Positions 56,847 through 64,000 of a DNA stretch of 64,000 bases are shown here, piece by piece (within the stretch, counting starts at the first letter, position 1; each line of letters starts with the position of its first letter). The DNA is from Syntrophales bacterium. GTDB lineage: Bacteria; Desulfobacterota; Syntrophia; Syntrophales; UBA2185. Position numbers and translations under genes: made by a program. The stretch is from positions 21,778-85,777 of the forward strand of contig JBKQQP010000006.1 of the NCBI GenBank assembly GCA_052144335.1, given 5' to 3'. A model generated the notes under the pieces. That model worked only from the letters and a program-made list of their open reading frames with translations, had not been told where the DNA came from and did no database searches.

Positions 56847-59800
56847 CTAAAAATTTAATGGCCTCTGCCACGCAGCTTTCAACTCTTCGATATCTTCCTC
56901 GACGATCCTCTCGCCATCAAGTCCATCTATTTTCAATAATCCTTCCGCAAGTACTGTTCCCACCTGGCCCATGGCGATCCCCTTCATCAGGGCTTCGAAT
57001 GGCTCCTTTACCGCGGGGGAGATTGTGACAACAAATCTGCTCTGTGATTCTGAGAAGAGGAGTGCGTCGTTGCGGTCAATACCGGAAGAGGGAAACAGGG
57101 CAAGTCGGATCAGCATACCCAATCCTCCGGCAAAAGCTGTCTCAGCAAGGGCAACACCGGCGCCGCCGTCAGAGCAGTCATGACAAGAGGCCACTAACCC
57201 CGCCTTGATGGCTTTACTCAAGGCGTTATACAATGCCTTTGCCTTTTCCGCTTTGACCTTAGGCACCTGATTCCCTATGAAGCCATGCATGGCATACCAT
57301 TCAGAGCCGCCCAGTTCATGATAAGTCTCACCGAGGATATAAACTAAATCTCCCGGACGCTTCGCATCCAGAGTTACCGCCTGCCGCACATCATCAATTT
57401 TTCCCATCGTGGAAAACAGAAGCGTCGGCGGGATGGATATTTTCAAATTCCCGATGTGATAGTCATTCTTCATGCTGTCTTTTCCGGATATGCACGGCAC
57501 GCCAAAGGCTCTCGTGTAATCATACAGCGCCTTGTTCGCCCGCACAAGCTGGGCCAGTTTGTACTCACCGTCGGGAGTCTTCTCCGATTGAACAGGATCA
57601 CACCAGCAGAAGTTATCGAGCCCCGCCATGAAATCGAGGCTGCCGCCTACGGCTATGGCATTCCTTATGGCCTCATCAATCGCGCATGCGGCCATGTGGT
57701 AAGTATCAATATCGCCATACCGTGGACAGATGCCGTTGGCCACAACCACTCCCTCGAAGGAAGTTAGAATGGGCCGGATGACAGCGGCATCACTAGGGCC
57801 GTCGTTGCAAACCCCGACAAGCGGCTTAACGACGCTTCCACCCTGCACCTCATGGTCGTACTGCCTGACGACGGACTCTTTGCTGCAGATATTAAGCCGG
57901 GATAACATATCTTTCAAAGCCTGCCCCATATCGGCAGGCGCCGGAAAATCAGGCTCCGGATAAATGCGGGGTTTCCATTTCGCCTGTAACTGCATCTGGG
58001 GAACCCCATTGTGGAGGAAATCCATCTTCAGATAGGCGACGGTTGCCTCACCGTATAGGACATGGAACATGCCCGAATCCGTGTATCTGCCGACAACAGT
58101 TGCTTCCACATCCATTTTCTGGGCAAGCTCCAAAAATTCATGGACCAAATCGGGAGGCACTGCCAGCGTCATTCTTTCCTGGGACTCGGAGATAAGAATT
58201 TCCCAGGGATTCAAACCGGCATACTTTAGAGGAGCCTTCTTCAGGTCGATCTCGCAGCCACCGGACAGGCGCGCAGTCTCACCCACAGAGGAAGAAAGGC
58301 CACCCGCACCGTTATCGGTTATACACCTATAGAGGCCGCGGTCTCTCGCCATGAGAAGAAAATCGGTCATCTTCTTCTGGGTGATGGGGTCACCGATCTG
58401 CACTGCCGTCACGGGGGAGCCCTCATGGAGTTCTTCGGAAGAAAATGTCGCGCCGTGAATCCCATCCTTCCCTATCCTGCCGCCGACCATAACAACCAAA
58501 TCTCCGGCCAGAATCTCCTTAGTATGCGTGGGCTTCCCCTCTATAACGGAGGGCATGATCCCGCCTGTTCCACAATAGACCAAGGGTTTCCCGAGGAATC
58601 GTTCATCAAAGACGATGCACCCATTAATCGTGGGGATGCCGCTCTTATTCCCACCGTGTTCAACACCTTCCCGCACCCCTTCATAGATGCGTCTCGGATG
58701 GAGAACCCGTTTCGGGAGCGGTTTATCATAGGCGGGCGGCGCAAAGCAGAAGACGTCTGTATTGAAGATAAGCTTTGCCCCCCTTCCCGTGCCAAATGGG
58801 TCTCTGTTCACCCCGACAATTCCCGTGAGGGCTCCGCCGTACGGGTCAAGGGCGGAAGGTGAATTGTGGGTTTCCACTTTGAAAACTAAATTGTAGTTTT
58901 TATTGAACCTGATGATTCCGGCATTATCCACAAATACGGAGAGGCACCAGTCGCCTTTCCCGAGTCGCTCTCTGATCTCTTTTGTTGCCCTCTTGATGTA
59001 ACTATCAAAAAGGGAATTGATCTCCTCCCTCGCACCTTGTTCGTCCTCATAGACAATACGGGCATTGAAGATCTTATGTTTGCAGTGTTCAGACCACGTC
59101 TGCGCCAGGCACTCAAGTTCGGCATCGGTCATGTTCTTCCTCAGGCCTGTCCTTTCCCTCTCTTTCACAATCGCCCTATTCTTCAGATAATCTCGGAGCG
59201 CTTTCATCTCTTCTAAATTCAGCGCAAGGAGACGTTCATTGCTGATTTTCATAAGCGCCCCGTCGCTCGTGTCAAGATTGATTTCTTCAATACGCAACCG
59301 GTCTTCACCGATCACGCGGGGAACATAAGGAGATAGACCCTTCTGCCTGTCCCAGGATTTCCCATCGACAATCACATAGCGTTCAATAAGATCATTGGCC
59401 AGCAGGTTCGATGCAATCCTTTCCGCATTGTCCCTGCCGATGGGTCCTGCGATGACGTATTGCCTTGATGTATGAACACCGAAAAGACGGTCCGGTAATT
59501 TGCCTAAAAGCAGTTCGATAGCCTCTCTCGCAGTCTTTCCGACATTATCAGTGACTCCGGGCCGGAAACCCACCTCAATCATCCAGTCGAACCTGTCGGC
59601 AAGACCGCTGTTGATGGCAAACTTCTGAATGATGGGATCGGAAAGAGGGCCGGCGGCAACCATTTCCAGCTCCTTTGTGGTCAGATTTCCATTAATAGTA
59701 TGGACATCAATGGTCTTTACAGAATCAACTTTGATGTGCAGATTTTCGATAATTCTTTTCTTGATCTTCTCCCCGAGGGAATCTCTGACCCCCTCCTTGA

Positions 59801-59885
59801 ACCCTATTTCAATTCTGTCTGCCATTTTATGCGCGACCATTTTCCCTTTCTTGATAGGAGATGCCCCGAAAATATTGTTTGTCAC
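56847..59885 (-). CDS. purL: Phosphoribosylformylglycinamidine synthase PurL with N-terminal PurS-like domains (PurSL fusion)
   Basis: 1012 aa. PurS-like repeats lie at the N-terminus (RIEIGFKEGVRDSLGE..., EVGFRPGVTDNVG). AIR-synthase-like duplicated domains follow (ETHNSPSALDPYGGA, GKDSMKN). Confidence 0.85.
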   Translation of the reverse strand: MTNNIFGASPIKKGKMVAHKMADRIEIGFKEGVRDSLGEKIKKRIIENLHIKVDSVKTIDVHTINGNLTTKELEMVAAGPLSDPIIQKFAINSGLADRFDWMIEVGFRPGVTDNVGKTAREAIELLLGKLPDRLFGVHTSRQYVIAGPIGRDNAERIASNLLANDLIERYVIVDGKSWDRQKGLSPYVPRVIGEDRLRIEEINLDTSDGALMKISNERLLALNLEEMKALRDYLKNRAIVKERERTGLRKNMTDAELECLAQTWSEHCKHKIFNARIVYEDEQGAREEINSLFDSYIKRATKEIRERLGKGDWCLSVFVDNAGIIRFNKNYNLVFKVETHNSPSALDPYGGALTGIVGVNRDPFGTGRGAKLIFNTDVFCFAPPAYDKPLPKRVLHPRRIYEGVREGVEHGGNKSGIPTINGCIVFDERFLGKPLVYCGTGGIMPSVIEGKPTHTKEILAGDLVVMVGGRIGKDGIHGATFSSEELHEGSPVTAVQIGDPITQKKMTDFLLMARDRGLYRCITDNGAGGLSSSVGETARLSGGCEIDLKKAPLKYAGLNPWEILISESQERMTLAVPPDLVHEFLELAQKMDVEATVVGRYTDSGMFHVLYGEATVAYLKMDFLHNGVPQMQLQAKWKPRIYPEPDFPAPADMGQALKDMLSRLNICSKESVVRQYDHEVQGGSVVKPLVGVCNDGPSDAAVIRPILTSFEGVVVANGICPRYGDIDTYHMAACAIDEAIRNAIAVGGSLDFMAGLDNFCWCDPVQSEKTPDGEYKLAQLVRANKALYDYTRAFGVPCISGKDSMKNDYHIGNLKISIPPTLLFSTMGKIDDVRQAVTLDAKRPGDLVYILGETYHELGGSEWYAMHGFIGNQVPKVKAEKAKALYNALSKAIKAGLVASCHDCSDGGAGVALAETAFAGGLGMLIRLALFPSSGIDRNDALLFSESQSRFVVTISPAVKEPFEALMKGIAMGQVGTVLAEGLLKIDGLDGERIVEEDIEELKAAWQRPLNF

Positions 59886-60217
59886 TCCGATGGCGGGAAG
59901 CCTAACAAGGAGATGAAACAGTTGCGTCTCTATGCAAGCAACTGCGTGGGTAAAATACCAAAAGGCATCTTATAAAGCAACTTGAGATTATTTCGGCGAT
60001 GATGATTGATATGCAGAGGAAACTGTTTCATGTCGCCATTGCCCCCCGATTTTAGGGAACAATGGATTTGTGGAGCATTCGCCATTCCGAAGGAGCCGCC
60101 GCTCATGTCATTTCGAAGGAGCGCAGCGACTGAGGAATCTTTCGTTAAAAGTGCAAAAGGCTGCTCACTCCGTTCGAAACAACATGGAGGAACGATTCGA
60201 AATGACACGGAGAAATA

Positions 60218-60739
60218 TTACTTTATCACGCCGCAGGCAACCCTGGCCCCGCCGCCGCCCAGCGCCTCAGGGTAGTCGGAATAATTGTCGCCGCCTGCGT
60301 GTATCATCAATGACCTTCCCTTCAGGTCTGCAACCTTCAGGCGAGGCGCAAGCACCGGCGATATTGCCTTGCCATCTGGGCCGACATACAGGAAGGGCAA
60401 ATCTCCGAGATGTCCCTCTCCGTAAGGCCCTTCATGTTTGTTCGTCCCAAAGGGGTCAAAGTGACCTCCCGCTGCGAGCGCTGCGACATGCTTCCCGTCT
60501 TTCATGGCCTCACCGCAGGAAGACATCTGATGCACGTGGAAGCCGTGCATACCGGGAGTGAGGTCTTTCAATTCAGGAATGAGAATAAGGCCGTACCGGC
60601 TGTCCATAGCGGTGACCGTGCCTATGTTCTTTCCGATACCCTGCTCGTTCACCAGGTTCATCTGTACCGTGATTTGATCGGCAAAGGCATAACTTGTAAT
60701 AAATAAGAAAACAATTGCTGCACAAATTATTTTTTTCAT
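60218..60739 (-). CDS. sodC: Periplasmic Cu/Zn superoxide dismutase
   Basis: Signal peptide, GFHVHQ, GGHFDP, GDLP and [12 protein letters not shown]. Confidence 0.9.
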   Translation of the reverse strand: MKKIICAAIVFLFITSYAFADQITVQMNLVNEQGIGKNIGTVTAMDSRYGLILIPELKDLTPGMHGFHVHQMSSCGEAMKDGKHVAALAAGGHFDPFGTNKHEGPYGEGHLGDLPFLYVGPDGKAISPVLAPRLKVADLKGRSLMIHAGGDNYSDYPEALGGGGARVACGVIK

Positions 60740-60779
60740 TTGCTCAACCTCCCAATTGATATGTTGATTCGTCTTTGGG

Positions 60780-61843
60780 CTAATCTATAAATTGGCAATT
60801 GAAAATGTACAAGGATGGTTTAACGGTAGGATAGTGGCAGGCAAATGCTCCCATCACAGAAAATTTGACAGGGCATCCATCAGTTACCGGACCGATACCT
60901 GGAGGTATTTGATCGCTGTTTCTCTTCCTTCCCATGCCTTCCAGACGAAGCTTCATGCCATCTCTAATACCTGGGGGAATACGCACCACAATGGTCTTCT
61001 TTTGATAACCGAAGGGAATGCTGATAAGCTTTTTGGCGCCTCGAGCAGCCTCTTCCAGCGTAATAGATATGACGTCATAAAGGTCCGACTCGCCTATCTG
61101 TGGCAGAGGCCGCGCCATATGCAATCTCGGCGTACTTTTTCTCACTGTAGCATCGCTTAATGTACGGGGGATACCCTGCCCAGGAAACATAAGGAATATT
61201 TTCAAGAATAGAGCTCCGAAGATAAAACCTCCAATATGTGCCCACCATGCAATGCCGCTCGCATTGACGCTTGTTAGCGCTGCGCTGATAAATTGTATGA
61301 AAAGTCATATACCCAGGAAAATCGCTGCGGGAAGTTCTACGAAGTAGGGGATGAAGATAATGGGAATAAGCGTAATAATGCGCGCCTTAGGGTAGAGGAT
61401 AAAGTATGCACCCATTACTCCTGCTATAGCGCCGCTCGCCCCAATCATAGGTATCGTGGACTCTAAGTTGAAAAATACATGGGCAACGCCCGATGAGAAC
61501 CCGCAAAGGAGATAAAAGAAGAGATACCTCAAATGCCCAAGACGGTCTTCCACATTCTCCCCGAAGATGTATAGGAACCACATATTGCCTGCCAAATGCC
61601 AGAAGCTGCCATGGAGGAGAACATGAATGAGATGAAAGAAAACACCTGCTGAGAGAAAGTGAAATGCGCCGCAAGCTGAGGCATTGAATAGCGCGCCGGA
61701 ACAAGCCCGTAGGTATATATAAAACTATTGAGTGCCTCATCATGAGACATTTCCACCATAAAGAAGAAAATATTAGCGATGATGATAACTGTATTGACAA
61801 CCGGATAATGCCTGGATGGGATGGTATCACGAATGGGTATCAT
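60780..61843 (-). pseudogene. Disrupted rhomboid-family intramembrane protease gene with a DnaJ-C-terminal-like tail
   Basis: Frame A is [15 protein letters not shown]. It shifts near 61610-61700 into frame B ([31 protein letters not shown]...[14 protein letters not shown]). An in-frame TGA at 61306-61308 sits where ...FLGI-W-LFIQF is expected. The frame then continues AWWAHIGGFIFG... into DLYDVISITLEEAARGAKK...VRIPPGIRDGMKLRLEGMG. Confidence 0.6.
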
Positions 61844-62021
61844 GGAAATTATACATCTGTTCTAAAAAAGGAATATAAGAAGTTCTGCAATCTGCCAAAG
61901 GGATACTGTAGACTTAACAACAAACGAGGTAGTTAACGGCAACACATACGAATCATCAAGCAGAACGCATCTCTAGGGGCTGAATTTTGAAACTGTATAT
62001 TCGTTATAAGTACAGCGCCCG

Positions 62022-62750
62022 CTAAGACATGCCGCCATTTACGGAAATGACCTGCCCTGTAACGTAAGAGGCGTCATCAGAACATAAAAAACGGACGACC
62101 TTAGCTACCTCCTCGGGTCTTCCGATTCTTACCATAGGAATTATTTCCTTAATCTTGCGTAGTGGCACTCCTTTGATCATTTCCGTATCGATAAGACCCG
62201 GTGCAACTACATTGACCCGGATGCCAAACCTTGCTACTTCGGATGCCAGCGCGCGGCTGGCGGCAATCAATCCCGCCTTTGCCGCAGCGTAATTGGACTG
62301 TCCCCTGCTTACCATGAGGGCTGAGACAGATGAGATAGAGACAACAGATCCCCGGTGATTTTTGGCCATCCTCCTTATCACCGGCTTAGTCACATTATAG
62401 AAGCCCTTCAGGGTTGTTTGAATCACCTTATCCCAATCTGCCTCGCGCATCGTCATAAACAGTCCGTCAGCAGTAATGCCGGCGTTATTGACGAGGACGC
62501 CAATATTCTCATGGCGGGCAACGATGTCATCCATACGTCGTGCCGCCTCCCTTGAATCAGTCACATCAAACCGGACCTTTTCTCCCACGTTGCCTTTCGC
62601 TCGGATGATGTCCAGGGTTTCCTCTGCCGAAGCATCGTCGGATTTGTAGGTGATGATGAGGTTATATCCCGCTGATGAAAGCTCAACGGCGATGGCGCGG
62701 CCAATGCCTCGACTGCCGCCCGTCACCAGGGCAACCTGCTTTTCCTGCAT
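62022..62750 (-). CDS. fabG: 3-oxoacyl-ACP reductase / SDR family (FabG-like)
   Basis: VALVTGGSRGIG, NNAG and YAAAKAG motifs. The start is set at MQEKQ. The ORF extension to 62882 lacks homology features. Confidence 0.85.
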   Translation of the reverse strand: MQEKQVALVTGGSRGIGRAIAVELSSAGYNLIITYKSDDASAEETLDIIRAKGNVGEKVRFDVTDSREAARRMDDIVARHENIGVLVNNAGITADGLFMTMREADWDKVIQTTLKGFYNVTKPVIRRMAKNHRGSVVSISSVSALMVSRGQSNYAAAKAGLIAASRALASEVARFGIRVNVVAPGLIDTEMIKGVPLRKIKEIIPMVRIGRPEEVAKVVRFLCSDDASYVTGQVISVNGGMS

Positions 62751-63039
62751 GGTTTTCTGCTCCCTGCGTCGTGTCTTTACCGGCATGGTCAAGGTGTCTC
62801 CAGCCCAGAAAATATTTATATGGGCAAGGGATAGTAAATGGGTAAATTGAATTATGTCAAGGGGAATTATTGATGGAGGCACACAGAGACACCGGCTATG
62901 ATTGATAAGCCGATTCTCTCTTTTTTCTCAGTGGCACAAAAAATCCCATAAATTGTATACCAAAATAACTTCATTCGTAGTAATAGAAGACATTAGTCTT
63001 TGGGAGTAAAGTAACTTCTAACTAGAAAGGAAGCATAAT

Positions 63040-63264
63040 ATGAAGAAATTATTTATCTTATTAATCGTCTTAATCGTATCAGGATGCGGTCATCTCGCAG
63101 AACAATCGGAATTCTGGAAGCACAAAGCGATATATGCGTCATGGGATCACGCGGGATTTTCTATCAATGGCTACAGGAATCCAACTGTTGAAGATGCTAA
63201 GACCGCGAAAGAGCAGGGTTGGTGGGGCATACCGGTGGAGGTCAAGAGCACAGATACCCGCTAA
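63040..63264 (+). CDS. Small lipoprotein, hypothetical
   Basis: AAGGAAG site. MKKLFILLIVLIVSGC lipobox. Confidence 0.5.
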   Translation: MKKLFILLIVLIVSGCGHLAEQSEFWKHKAIYASWDHAGFSINGYRNPTVEDAKTAKEQGWWGIPVEVKSTDTR

Positions 63265-63410
63265 TCAAGGCCAGATGTAATGCATCATCGAAAGAAGTAA
63301 AGCCTCGCAGGAAGTTAGGGTGGCAAATACACACCCCCCTGCAATCAGCGATTAAGCCTAAAACCGGCTCAAATCCGGACCAATTTTTCGACGAAGACTA
63401 TTAGAAGATT

Positions 63411-63809
63411 TTACGTATTGATTGCCTTCAATGCTTTGGCATCATTGGCGGTCTTAAAAACAAGGAACGTAGTCTTAACCGCTCCGGGGCTTCCATAAGC
63501 ATAGTAGATATCAACGCCCGCATCGGCGATTTTCTTTGCCAGGCTCTGCAGTTGTCCGACCTTATTCGGTACGCCAACAACGAGCACATCTTCGACCTCG
63601 ACATTGGCGCCAATCTTCGCCAGCACCTTCTTTGCCTTTGCATTGTTATCTGTGACCAGCATGAAGAAGCCCTTATCGTCCATCTCGTAAGCGCAGATTG
63701 CCTCGATATTGACCTTTGCTTGGGAGACCGTTGATGCCACTTGGGCAAGTAGCCCAACCCTGTTTGGCAGAGAAAAACTCAACTGCTTCAATTTCATCGC
63801 CTTGGCCAT
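63411..63809 (-). CDS. ACT-domain protein (tandem ACT)
   Basis: 132 aa. The pattern NRVGLLAQVASTVSQAKVNI occurs once and is repeated as NKVGQLQSLAKKIADAGVDI. Confidence 0.7.
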   Translation of the reverse strand: MAKAMKLKQLSFSLPNRVGLLAQVASTVSQAKVNIEAICAYEMDDKGFFMLVTDNNAKAKKVLAKIGANVEVEDVLVVGVPNKVGQLQSLAKKIADAGVDIYYAYGSPGAVKTTFLVFKTANDAKALKAINT

Positions 63810-63904
63810 ATCACGTCCCTCCTTATCATTCGTTATGATATACCTTTAATATAACTCACGAAGACCATCCCACGAAAAACTTTTTTTGTTTACCACATTT
63901 CAAG

Positions 63905-64000
63905 TTAGAGTTCCTCAGTATTTTCAAGTATTCTCTCAGAAAGATCCTGTACAGACGTATGAAATCTGTTCCGCATCATTGCCGGGGACGCGCCATACAT
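63905..64000 (-). CDS. 3-prime end of a gene running off the window (unidentified)
   Basis: The minus frame reads ...YGASPAMMRNRFHTSVQDLSERILENTEEL* and is open to the window edge. Confidence 0.3.
   Translation of the reverse strand: MYGASPAMMRNRFHTSVQDLSERILENTEEL

Noticed and set aside
61306-61308. In-frame TGA in the rhomboid gene as selenocysteine or Trp recoding
   Set aside because: TGA is used as a normal stop elsewhere in the window, for example by dsbC-like (1990) and azlC (3195). The position corresponds to a conserved Trp rather than a redox Cys. No SECIS-like hairpin was seen, and the same gene also has a frameshift.

Overview
Bacterial chromosomal segment. The gene content (class III PHA synthase, class I Fe-S fumarase, FeoAB, NifU-like/GGGtGRT pair) suggests an anaerobe, but the taxon cannot be determined from this window. 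All functions below come from motif and family recognition by eye. No database search was run.

**1-19 kb:** mostly minus-strand housekeeping and envelope genes.
- Family III CoA-transferase, DsbC-like protein, azlCD, feoAB fusion, cupin, vWA-OmpA lipoprotein, pentapeptide protein and AI-2E transporter.
- A decayed patch at 12.3-14.4 kb: a broken PAS sensor gene, a transposase HTH fragment and a tyrosine-recombinase C-terminal fragment.
- A class III PHA locus (phaE-phaC-MaoC/PhaJ plus two small helical proteins) that ends in a 55-codon thiolase remnant.

**19.8-22.7 kb:** one 964-aa gene whose C-terminal third looks like an M28 metallopeptidase. Its N-terminal ~650 aa are unrecognisable.

**22.8-38.7 kb:** a 15.9-kb integrative island in tRNA-Arg(ACG).
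- It is bounded by a perfect 46-bp direct repeat (22810-22855 and 38651-38696).
- It has a satellite/PICI-like core: tyrosine integrase, two excisionase-type HTH genes and a primase-polymerase/RecA-like ATPase.
- It has two unusual repeat arrays next to the replication gene.
- Its cargo is an XRE-linked pair of small membrane proteins, a type II R-M pair, and a same-strand block of RHH, GmrSD-like DUF262/DUF1524, two proteins with HEPN-like R-x6-H motifs and a membrane-anchored protein.
- Four cargo genes are each followed directly by a copy of a 75-115 bp repeat family.
- The uncharacterised genes between the R-M pair and the GmrSD homologue are the best candidate for an undescribed (defence-type) system. 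This is inference only.

**38.7-64 kb:** core genes.
- Fumarase, the NifU-like/GGGtGRT pair, serS followed by two tRNA-Ser genes, murJ, yggU/yggT-like genes, proC and an RNase E/G.
- tsaC, cimA, purQ, purSL, sodC, fabG and an ACT-domain gene.
- Also a HyfB-like remnant with a recombinase remnant beside tRNA-Ser, and a disrupted rhomboid gene.

No rRNA genes or CRISPR arrays were seen.
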